Assembly (NCBI GenBank): GCA_973851085.1
Contig: OZ316775.1
Coordinates: 20,026,001 to 20,090,000, forward strand
DNA: 64,000 bases
From: Ptychomitrium polyphyllum
Taxonomy: Eukaryota
Direction of reading: 5' to 3'
Shown here piece by piece: positions 25,792 through 36,600 of this stretch. The position numbers and the translations under genes were made by a program. The notes under the pieces are model-generated. The model was given only the letters and a program-made list of their open reading frames with translations, did no database searches and had not been told where the DNA came from. Numbering within the stretch: position 1 is the first letter of the stretch; each line of letters opens with the position of its first letter.

Positions 25792-27928
25792 ATGGGTTGC
25801 ACATGGTCTTTGCTGGATGCCTTTTATGGGATTGTCGGCAGCAGGACAGAGGTGTGGGTGAACAAGAGACGGTTTCGGATTCAACGCCAGATTGGGGAGG
25901 GAGGGTTTGCGTTCGTGTATCTGGTCAGAGAGCTGCCTGGCGATGAACGGAAGGACCCGCATGATCCATCTCGCGTTTCTGGTGCGTTTAAGTGCAACTC
26001 TATGTCTTGTAGTGACTGAAAATGTTGCTGCAGTATCGCGTGGTCACCGAATTTTTGACAGCCAGGTGATGTAGTGGATGATCTTAAGCAGGGGCTTTGT
26101 GGAAGAATACTGTGCGTGTTTATATTTTTTTGTTTTAGCACCCTTAAATGTCAAGCCAATTAACATCTTGAATGCAATGGAGTTCAGTAGTGTAGGGATC
26201 TGCAGTAGCATTAGAGAAATTCCTGGTATTTCATCAAAAAAATTCAAGATGTGAGTAGACAATTACTCATTCGGGGAAAAACAAGATTTCCTACCTGCTC
26301 TTAATGATCCATGTTCTAGGTATGACAGAGGATGGGATGTATGCGTTGAAGAAAATACTGATTCAGTCTAAGGAGCAGCTGGAGTTGGTGAGACAGGAGA
26401 TCCAAGTCTCATCCCTATTCAAGCATCCCAATTTAATTCGTCTCCTAGAAAGTTCAATCATCAGTGTCAAAGTACGCTAACATTATCCTACCTCTTTGTT
26501 TGCTCGAGGGAACGTAGTAGAAAATGCTACTCAAGTTCGAAGCATTCAATTTTGCTCACCGTATGAAAAACTAAGATAACTATTTTTGGGTACAGAATGA
26601 TGGGTCGTGGAGTCAGGAGGCTTATTTGGTGTTCCCCGTTTACCGAGATGGAACAGTGCTCGATCATTTGAATCGCATGCAGTCAAAAAATATATTCTTC
26701 CCCACTATTACTGTCTTACATATATTTCAACAAGTACTTGTTTTCTCTATTCACGGATTTCTCTCCTTTTTTCCTTTTGCCCTAGAACAAAGTGTGAGCA
26801 CGTTCTTTTGGTTCTGGCATCATAGTGAGGGTACTACTGACGACATCTGAGGCTGGAGGTCATATTAATTTGAACGCTGTTTTTGCGAAATGATTTCTGT
26901 ATGTTTTAGTGCTTGCTGTGATGTAAATAATGTACATTTATCACCTCCATATCATTCTCATGTATGACACAGATCTGTGCAGGACTGAAGCACATGCATA
27001 CTTATGATCCGCCATATGCTCATAATGACATGAAGCCTGGAAATGTGTTGCTAAGCCTCCCGCGGAACCAAATTCCGGCGGCAGTGATTATGGACTTTGG
27101 TAGTGCTAGGCCTGCTCGGAAGCAAGTGCGAAACCGGAAGGAGGCAATGGTTGTCCAGGTAAGACATCATCAAAGTATCATACGTTTCATATTCTAATGC
27201 TTCAGAACCACTGACCAGCAATCAACTCAGTTTAGACGGGTAGCACTTGTATGTGAAATTTCAGATAGTCGTATTGTGTTACTTCTGATGATGCATATAT
27301 TTTGTGATGCAGGAATGGGCGTCACAGCATTGTACAGCCCCATATAGAGCACCTGAGTTATGGGACACCCCTAGCGATATAGTTTTAGATGAGCGTACTG
27401 ATATTTGGGCTCTTGGGTGCACTCTCCATGCTCTTATGTAAGTCTGGTTACCCTTGATGTCAAACTTTTTCCTGTGAAAATCTACAGTAGCTCATGATGA
27501 AATTGGAAAGAATTTTGTGTGGTAACTTACATTCTACTTAATGTTTTCCAAATAGTAAGAAACGATCTAAACAAGAGTGACGCTGCAAGTTTACTCTTAG
27601 AAAGTGAAAAAAAGTTATTTAGGACCCAGCTTCTGCTCTCGTCTGATAAACTTTCAATGCATTTCTTTTCAGGTATGGTATGTCACCTTTTGAGTACGCA
27701 CTATGTGAGCAGGGTGGAAGTTTACGGCTTGCTGTAATAAGCGGGGTTGTGAAATGGCCTCCAGGACCCAATCTACCTTATCCAGAGACACTACACAAGC
27801 TTGTCACATGGATGGTTAATCCATCAGTTGAATCACGACCTCACATTCAAGATGTGTGCCTCCATGTTGATAAACTTATTAGTCAGTTCGACACTGATGC
27901 CCAGGGTCTTTGGCCATTGAAGACATAG
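25792..27928 (+). CDS. STK16-like (NAK family) Ser/Thr kinase, 6 exons, about 348 aa
   Basis: Exons 25792-25981, 26320-26471, 26596-26733, 26973-27158, 27313-27437, 27673-27928. N-terminal MGC (myristoylation/palmitoylation-type), IGEGGFAFVYLV, YALKK, AHNDMKPGN, MDFGS, CTAPYRAPEL, TDIWALGC. Confidence 0.92.
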
Positions 27929-29207
27929 CCTTGAGTGTAGTTGTAGTCGTAGTATGTAGACCTATACACCAGATTCATTCAGCTTCTTAGGGCAAATAAG
28001 TTGCTTTCATCTAGACTCTTGAAGCAGCAAGCAGAGGAAGTGTTTCTGGATCTGGTGGAGCTTTTCTGCTAGAGATCTTTGTTGTAATTCATGTCCATAA
28101 GGTTAAGATTACGTGGAGCCCCAAAATCTGGGCACATCTTCGAGATTTTTGCGAAACGTCACCTTTTCCATTTACAAATAACTAGCTATTACTCAAAGTT
28201 CAAGTGCTAGACATTTATGACCTATAGGTCTCACAATTGTGCTTATTCAACATAGCATTGCAGGACATTTGGTTCGGTGGTTTCTTCGGAGCAGCGCTCC
28301 AGATGCAATCAGAATCCTCTGCTTACTTTGTGGTCACTGCACATACTCACAACATTCGTTATTGATTAGAGCACTTCATTCTTTCCTTGAGAGGAGGAAC
28401 AATATAATCCTTACACTGATTGCATGAGCGCTTGTGGCAATCAGTTGGTGAAGTTAAAAGGTAAAATCGAGGGTATCTATTCATAACATACTTCCATATT
28501 CATTATATCCTATATAGAGCTTACTCTTGATTCCCATGTGCACTGTCATGAAATATTGGTAACTGTATTGCTGCTTTAATTCAGATTAGCGTTATATTAA
28601 TTTTTTCATCTTACTGTTTAGCACCAAATACTTTTTCACATCGGTGCTTTTTCACTAACGTAGGTAAAAAACATTTAATGAAATTGATGTATTGACTCTA
28701 TAAAGGCTTGTGATATTCTATTTGTAGTTGACTAATGATAATGATAAAAGATAATTTTACATAAAATCATTTGTTTTCAAGAAAAATAGATTGGAACAAT
28801 AGATTCTATTACACATAGAGAAAGATTTTATCTTAATGTAAAACTGCCTTCAATTTTGGACATTTATATTGTCAAGCCAATAAATGTGTGGAAAAATTTC
28901 AAACAATCCTAACATTAAGATGGAATCATTGCTTCAATTTCTTTGCTAAAAGTCCAATAAAAATTAATTTGAAGAGTCCAAACTCATTTAAACTTTAGTT
29001 AATAATATTTTTTGGATACATTTAAAAAAGTACAAAAAAGATTCTTCAAAAATATTTTTATTAATATAACTTATTGAATCATTAATTTCTAATAATTTCA
29101 ATGAACTTATTTCTTTGAAAAATCATATTTAAACTACAGTTTGAAAGAAGAATTTGATGTTAAGATTGAAATGGAAATCATAAATCATATACAAATTTCA
29201 TGTTGAA

Positions 29208-29274
29208 TGCATAAGCTTCTTCCTATGTTGGAAGGCTAGTGCATAAACTTCCAACAACGGAGGAAGCTTATGCA
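29208..29274. repeat. Near-perfect inverted repeat (hairpin)
   Basis: TGCATAAGCTTCTTCC-TA-TGTTGGAAG, 13-nt loop, CTTCCAACA-AC-GGAGGAAGCTTATGCA. Confidence 0.8.
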
Positions 29275-30163
29275 CTAGGCATGGAAATTATTACAATTTC
29301 GCATGTTTTAAAAATTATGTCCTTGTTTATTCTTACGACCTTGATTTTTCATGAATGTTTGCATAATAAATACACATAATAAAAAAATCCACTTCCAAAA
29401 GAAATTAGTTAACAGATACCAACAAAAATGAGATACCAAAAAATAAGAACATTTCTATCACTCACATTTTATTTTAGATGTCAATGCTAAATATAGTTCA
29501 AAATTTGATAAAAAATTCATACAGTAGGAATTGGATTCTTCCACACTTGAATTGGATTCTTTGCTAGTTAAGAATGAATGAAAAATACAGGCAACTCCCA
29601 TAGGATAGGCTTAAACAGGATGAGCACTACTAATTAGCTCTGACGAGAACTGGTACTAAAGTTACTGATTGCTGGAGTTACCAGAAACAGGAGATCGTTC
29701 AAAAGAAACAAATAAGTGAAGTATTCAAAGCTACAGGCCATGAACTCTGCTACAATATATCCAGAAAATTTCTTAGAGCAGATATCTACCTGCTGATGTA
29801 GCTAACGACTCGTACCATGTATTCTCAATCCACACATTAGTGATGATTTAGCAAAAATTTGATGATCACTGTGCATCCAACACAACATTATAAAACCAGA
29901 CTATAGACTGCAGAATTTGATGCGCACATCCTATAAAAGACAAGACTCAGCGTCATGAAGTTCCAGTGTTTCACACCATGGTTGTTAAATTCACCTTCAA
30001 GTTCTTAATCCAAAGAACAGAGAATCTCTCCTTTAGCGACTCTCGAAAGACAATCATCACAAGCAAACTGTCAAATTCACAGAAACCCCAAACCTACTTC
30101 CACGCCTCAAACAATGCTCCATATTCATCAGAAATGGGTTGTCGTGTACATCCACTACTAAAG

Positions 30164-32576
30164 CTACGCATCCGCAATCTCTACCTCGCCGTCATCGATC
30201 TCTGTTTGCAAGTCCTTCGGATCCTTGCCATCTACGGTGCAGCCTACAGAAACGCAAGTGCCCAGAATCTCCTTCACAGTGCCGGCCAGCTCCTTCGCCA
30301 TCGACCTTGGCGCCATGATCTTGGCAATCTCGATCACGTCATCAAGGGAGATGTTCCCGTTGTGCTTGATGTTCTTCACCTTCTTCCTGTCTCGTTCGGG
30401 CTCCTTCAGGGCCTTGATCACCAGCGCTGCAGCACTCGGGACCACTGCTACCTTCGCCTGCACCCCATTCCACAATCACATTGTCAATACAAGGTACGCA
30501 AATTCGCAACCACCACTTCCAACCGACGCTACGATGGAATGACAGCCAGAGGCGTCCCGAGGCAATCGACATCCCCATGCTCATACAATGCTGTGATGTT
30601 CACCACCAAATGCCGTACCTGACGATTCTGCACAGTGAGCTTCACCGTCACTCGCAGACCCTTCCAGTCCCTCGCGGTCTCCTTGGCAATATCCTCACCC
30701 ACCTTCTTAGGCGACAAACCCAGAGGTCCGATCTTGGGTGCCAGGGATGAGGCGGCACCCACCTCTCCTCCTGCATCACGCCATTGTACCCAAAAAGGAA
30801 TCACTGCATGTAACTTCACAAAATATGACTACGTGCAAACACAGAATGAACGGCTGCAACTGAAGTCGAGAGGGAACCCCTTATCACATCGTCTGTCTGT
30901 TTTCACACTGCAGCATCAATTTCCCTCCTTCTATGAAAGGATTCAAAATCGGGTTTTCCAATCCAGGACAGGTTCCAACTGGAGCATCTAAACGGCATGA
31001 AGAGTGATCAGCAAGTCTGAAACGAAACGACACCAACCAACACTGGCTTCGACGTGAAAAGCTTTGCAATGTGATTCTTCCTTCTCTGAGCGAGGAAGGG
31101 GGATGGAAAGCGCACTCTACCTTCGCCCTTCGGAGGACGTCCAGGACTGCCTTAGCAACTCCACCACCCCAAAAACACCAGCCCCACAAACAACAACCCC
31201 TTCAAGGCGTACCACTGGGTCACAAAACCCAGTGGGCATGAACCCTTGGCGCACCTCACTTCTCACTTTCACGTCGTTGCGCACACGGACCACTCACTCT
31301 GGATGCTAAGGGAATACAAACTGTACTAATTGCTCTTCCAGAGCCTGAGGACTTGCTGTCACGCACATTCATGTACTCATCTCTGCGCCCATGCCATACA
31401 TAAAAGTGGGAAAGCAAATGGGAATATCTAAAAACACACCACGCACATTCGCCATTTGCTGGCACATAAACATGAACGCTCAGGGAATACAAACTGTATT
31501 TCATGCTCTCCCAGAGCCCGAGGGCTGCTGTCGCGCACATTCGGTTTTCATCTTTGCGTCCACAGTAAACACTAAAACCATAAAATCACGAATAAACATA
31601 ACCGAGTCCGTTGATCAGCACGTAAGCCACTTCACACCACACGACCAGATGGGCACAAAAATCACGCAACCACTTCCCACACTCTTCAAAACTGCCGTTC
31701 TTGCGAAAAGTAGCGACAAAAGCATTACACGAACCCCGTCTCCTTCACGCAAGCATTGTGCGCTTAGCAGACGTCCCCTACTGAACACACGCTCAAGATC
31801 CCATAAACATATATCGGGCGTCATCGTGGAGCTGGTTCTACACTCACCTCGTTCCTCTCCGTGATATGCATCCTTCCAGGGTATCCGCTTAGCACCCGCC
31901 ATCCATCCGACCAAGCAACTTCACATATCTCCATCCCAGGGCCCGGACCGACCACGCATCGAATCAGTGCGACTAGACATCGACTTTGACCTAGACCGAC
32001 GCCTTGCACCAGAGACAGGAACATCACTAAAGCGTATTTCAAGGGACAAGAGATACCAGAACCACTGCACCAGATCTAAAAAGCTCGGCTACAAATCCTC
32101 ACGGAGCATAGGCGTTGGCTCTAGGTTTCGCATCACCTGCACTCAACTCGCCCATTCCCCTACACGCCGACATGCACACAGCCTTCCAAACAAAAACCAC
32201 AACGCCCCAAGCTAAGGCATTTCCGACATGGCCATCCAAGTCACAAAACTGCACACCCAACCTAGACACCCGTCGGCAAAACCCCGATCGTATCCCAAAT
32301 CATCGATGGCGGACACCAAACCAGAGGAACCCTAAAGCATCAAACAGAGGACAAAGATCCGCCGAACGCTTCGACGTGATAAGATAGAGAAGCACGGCTA
32401 GTGCACCACCACGAACTGAAACGCTCCGGACACGCCCCAAAGCGAAGAACACTTAACCTAATTGACAGACCGTCGAAACGAAGACGAGGCATTTGCAGCG
32501 GAAGGGCAGAGAGTGACTGACCTGTGACGCGCACGTAGACCTCGACAATCTGCGAGGGGTCCAATTTGGGCGGCAT
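30164..32576 (-). CDS. RPL12: 60S ribosomal protein L12 (uL11), 3 exons, 166 aa
   Basis: Exons 32576-32522, 30770-30619, 30457-30164 give [41 protein letters not shown]...[14 protein letters not shown]...[23 protein letters not shown]. Intron 1 is about 1.75 kb. Confidence 0.98.
31301..31390 (-). ncRNA. Intronic box C/D snoRNA-like unit, duplicate of 31475-31560, with a degenerate D box (CTTA)
   Basis: Minus strand reads GGGCGC-AGAGATGA...ACAGTTTGTATTCC-CTTA-GCATCC. The guide is identical to that of the neighbouring copy. Confidence 0.6.
31475..31560 (-). ncRNA. Intronic box C/D snoRNA, predicted 25S rRNA guide
   Basis: Terminal stem GACGC/GCGTT, C-like box AAGATGA, D box CTGA preceded by ACAGTTTGTATTCC. 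GTTTGTATTC is complementary to the LSU rRNA segment GAAUACAAAC (recalled). Confidence 0.7.
31610..31670 (-). ncRNA. Intronic box C/D-like unit, target not identified
   Basis: GTTG-C-GTGATTT...GTGGCTTACGTG-CTGA-T-CAAC: terminal stem, C-like box and canonical D box. Confidence 0.4.
31740..31831 (-). ncRNA. Intronic box C/D-like unit (degenerate)
   Basis: CTCC-ACGATGA...CACAATGCTTGC-GTGA-A-GGAG. CAATGCTT matches the LSU segment AAGCAUUG (recalled). Confidence 0.35.
31872..31942 (-). ncRNA. Degenerate box C/D-like unit, possibly a guide for the 25S AAUCCGCUAAGG segment
   Basis: ...TAAGCGGATACC-CTGG. The D+5 rule points to the U of AUCCGCU. The C box is degenerate (GGGATGG). Confidence 0.3.
31960..32030 (-). 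ncRNA. Intronic box C/D-like unit
   Basis: GTGATGT C-like box at 32027-32021 and CTGA D box at 31967-31964. Terminal stem is weak. Confidence 0.35.
32066..32141 (-). ncRNA. U36/snR47-like box C/D snoRNA (18S guide) with non-canonical boxes
   Basis: TGCA-G-GTGATGC...GTGAGGA (C'-like)...CGAGCTTTTTA-GAT-CTGG-TGCA. The 11-nt guide is complementary to 18S UAAAAAGCUCG in the same D+5 register as vertebrate U36 (recalled GAGCTTTTTAACC-CTGA). Confidence 0.6.
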
Positions 32577-33608
32577 GGTGGCGAGCGCGGTAGCGACAAC
32601 GAGGAGGATGGCAGCGCAAGGAAGGCTGCACTGCGAGCGCCCAAGAGAGCCTCGCCATCGCTCCCTGGCCCCATTAGGGCTTCCCCACTTAGTACCCGCT
32701 CATGCCCGGACTCCCGCTCACACAGTTAGCCGGTTCTCATGAGTGTCTAGTTTTGCTTACGAGGGACCAGAACATTCTTCACCGTAGCAACCGGGGCCTC
32801 AAGTAAACCTGGTCATCTAAGAATCTTAGTGAAATCTCTAGAAGATACTATACCCGGAGCATCTCATAGCCCATGGTTAATGTTATAAACGTTTACATAT
32901 TTATGGGATTTTCGAGTAATACCTTGGAACTTGGAAAATTTCACAGCACCTTAAAGGAATCTTGAATGTTTTAGGGAAGAATCTCATTTGCAGTAGCACA
33001 AGCAAGTCCAGGATTAGATCCGTACCTGAAACCGTCAGTGTAACAAAAACCAACATCTGCTTCCGAAGGCACACGCATCGTTTCCAAAAACATGCATTCG
33101 CGTACTTAATGTTATAATCGTGTACTGTATCTGAACATGGCTTTATCCACGCACTTTGTAGGTGTAGTAAACAAAATATACGCTTTTCATAGGTGGTGCC
33201 GGTTGTGGGTACAGTGACGGTTTTATGTATAGATTCCTTTGATAATCCGAAGTGTTTCTGTGTATAGTACCACGTGTACATGCATCCTACAGAGGAAAAA
33301 CTGGACTTTGAACTTGATAGCAGATTTGTTTCCTGGCTGCAAGCATAACCGTAAGTTGAAACTGGATCACGCAAAGGTACTGATCAGAGAGAAGTTGTAT
33401 GACTACAGAAGATATTGTATTCTTTACTCTGGGGAAATCCACATGAGCTTGACTAGGCGGCAGCTGCAATGCATTGGAGGTTAGCGTTTTTGCCTTGCAA
33501 AGTGGTGCATTGGGTTTCTCCAAGATGTGACTTTTAGTATGGAATGGGAAGTAGTGAAGCTAGAGTGAGCAGATTCGTTAGTGGTGGGGAGGTGTTGCGG
33601 GGAGCGCA

Positions 33609-36600
33609 ATGGGGCAGGCGATGCGGAAGCAACGGGAGGAGAGGGATGCAGTCGTGTTCACTGGCATTGATGTGCTACTCGCACGCAAGTTTGATCTTCT
33701 TCGTGGAGCAAAGGTGGCTATTTTGAATCACTTCATACCATCTCTCGTTGTTTTCTGATTTTACATCTGCGTCTGTCATTTGGTTCCTTTTAGCAGCATC
33801 CATTGAGTGTGTTTGGATTCTTGATTAGTGTGGTTTGTCGTCTAGGTCGGCGTCATCACGAATGCAACTGGCATCTACCAGACCATGGTGCATCTGGTAA
33901 GTTTCCGGATTGTTGCCTCCTCACAGGAATTTAGAATTCGGTTCTTCTGGCGGCTTAGCTGACATCTTACTCCAAAATCGATCTCAAGGTCTGGAGCGAG
34001 GAAACATTTTTTTCTCTTGAATATAAGAAAGTTTACAAGCATCAGATAAGTTTTTAGGTTTCGTATCGCGTGTTTTCCTTGGTTTAGATGCTTGGTGGTT
34101 TCTTGAATTGCTGAGTTAAGAGTTCAATTTGTCATCTCATAAGTCATTATCTGCTACGTAGTTCTGTGAAACAAGTGATAATTTGTGAATATTCACGTTT
34201 TAGGATAGAGTAGTAGTTGAGCTGGCTATGGCGGATGTGCAAAAGTTTAGGTCTGTGAACCGCCTAGTCCTTCTTGTGGTAATGTCGATGTTTTACCAGA
34301 ATATCTTACTTCAATAAAAAATTTATCTTTCTGAGTATTTACCAGTGACTTGCTGTTCAGGTTGACGTACTGCACAATGCCGAGGGGGTGCACATGGTGG
34401 CAATCTTTGGTCCAGAGCATGGTTTTCGTAGTGCTGTGCCGGTAATCATTATACTTTTGTACCTTCTTAAAGAAACTGCTGTATCCAATTTATAAGTTGC
34501 TGTGGATTCATCAGTTTTTTGTCTGTTGCTTTGTTGCTGTAATTTGGATTCCTGAGCTCTGTACTGTTTCCTGAGGTGTTTTTTGATGTTTTAGAAAATT
34601 AAAGCTTATCAAGATGTCTTGTTCTCAAGGCATGCGTGTTACACAGAGCCTAGGTTACACTTATGGGAGTTGATGATGCTTCATTGATATATTGAATCTT
34701 TGTTTCTGGGTGGCAGGAAGGTTCTTCAGAGGCATTCTATACAGACAAAAGAACTGGTGTTCCTGTGTATGACACATACCAGAAGGTGTGCAGTCATTGG
34801 CACTATCTCTCATGCTGTCCCTTGTTTTTGTTGGCATTGCATATGTCATGAAGCCAATATTGTAGTACACAATCCTTCTAGGTTTACTACTGTTATGGGC
34901 AGAAGGTTGTATGCAACGGGTGCATTTCACTTTTCTTTGTTTCCCTGCTTTCTAATATTGGAGATCCAGAGTGGGAAGACTTTGATGAAATTGTTTGAGG
35001 CTGCCGGGGTGGATCTGCTGCTCTTCGACATTCAGGATGTTGGGGTAACGTCTTCTTGTGTTCTGGTCCTCTGTTGATGACCTTCCACGTTTCTCCGCTC
35101 TATACGGTTTATCCTGCACAATTCGTGCATGTCTTGGTTTATTAATCTGATTCATTACTCTTAATTGATTTGGAAAGAATCTAATTTCAAGCCTCCTTTT
35201 GTTAAGTTATGCAGGCTCGATTTTACACCTACATATGGACGTTATATGATTGCATGGTTGCAGCAGCTATGTCAGAAAAACCCATTAAGATGGTGGTCAC
35301 TGACCGGCCTAATCCACTTGGTGGCGTAGTAGTTGACGGCCCTGTTATGAAGCCAGCTTTTTCTTCTTTTGTAGGCCGGAAGGTTAGTGTAAACTGCAAC
35401 AAGCTGCTCGTAGTGCATCTTTGGAAACTCCAATAGTTGAACAACTTTCGAGCTTATCCATTTGTTTGTTCTCTACAGTCATTATCTTCTCTATTCTTAG
35501 TTATGAGAATGTAGGCGATGATCATCACAAGCATCAAGTGCTTCTACAAATGTTTGCCAGAATTTCTATTGTTTGGAAATGTCAGTATCTGAAAACTTAG
35601 AATTTGTTTTGGACGCACATGAATGTGAGGTGGGCCGGGAACCTTATCGTTGCTTAGACATTTGAATCTCTGTACTTCTAAATAAACGGTTAGTATACCT
35701 GATTTGAAAGCATAGTTTTGGGCATTGCAATTTCAGATCGGAGCCTTTTCTAACATGCTTTATTGTTCGGGCGGCTCTTAGGCTATTGCTTTGAGACATG
35801 GAATGACTGTAGGAGAGCTTGCAAGGCTGTTCAATGCTGAGTTTGTCGTCATGGATGCTGGCAAGCAGGTGACTCCCTAGATAGAATTCTTTGCTAAGCG
35901 AACCAGAATTGTTTTCTATAGGTGCTAGTATCAGTTAGTCCATCAAAGGGGATTATTTGTTTTTTGACTTGTAAGTTGTACATGGATGTTGAACTTAAAA
36001 GATCTCCTGATGATCTTCCGTGTCGCAGAAACAGTCTCACGCATGTTGGTGCTTTGAAACTGTCCTGTATTACACTAGGTTCATGTATTACTGATAAGGG
36101 CGGACTTGTCCAGGTGGAGCTAGAGGTGGTTGCAATGGAAGGATGGCATAGAGGTATGGTCTTTTTTGAAACTAAGCTGGTTTGGGTACCTCCGTCACCA
36201 AACTTGCCTTCACCAAATTCTGCACTGCTCTACATGGGCATGTGCCTTTTTGAGGTTGGTTTACTTCAGGGTGCACATGTGGTTGTGCATGTCTTTCCTA
36301 AGGGCCTGACAAGCGAACTTTGGACACATCTGTTTTGACGTTATCAGCTGTAACTCTCCTGCTCAATGAGTCGGAGGAATAATACAGCCATTGTGATAGA
36401 ACAGTGTAATGAAAGGTTAACTAGTCTTCTTTCAGTCTTTTTCCCTGAGGTGATTGTGTTCTCACGATCTTCGCAGGGTACAAACTGCTCAGAAGGAAGG
36501 GTACGGCACTTCCGTTTGAACTGGTAATTTACTGTACAGCGGCTCCCGCGTGAATTATGTCTTCATATTTCTATCTTTGTTCTTCTGCGCTTGCAACATT

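Noticed and set aside
29966..30622. 218-aa plus-strand ORF
   Set aside because: Antisense shadow of RPL12 exons with no recognisable motifs.
31391..31914. 157-aa (+) and 99-aa (-) ORFs within RPL12 intron 1
   Set aside because: No protein features; the region is better explained by snoRNA-like units.
33544..33726. 60-aa ORF as the start of the NamZ-like gene
   Set aside because: Wrong frame. The DUF1343 motif TGIDVL lies in the frame opened by ATG 33609. It could be an overlapping upstream ORF.
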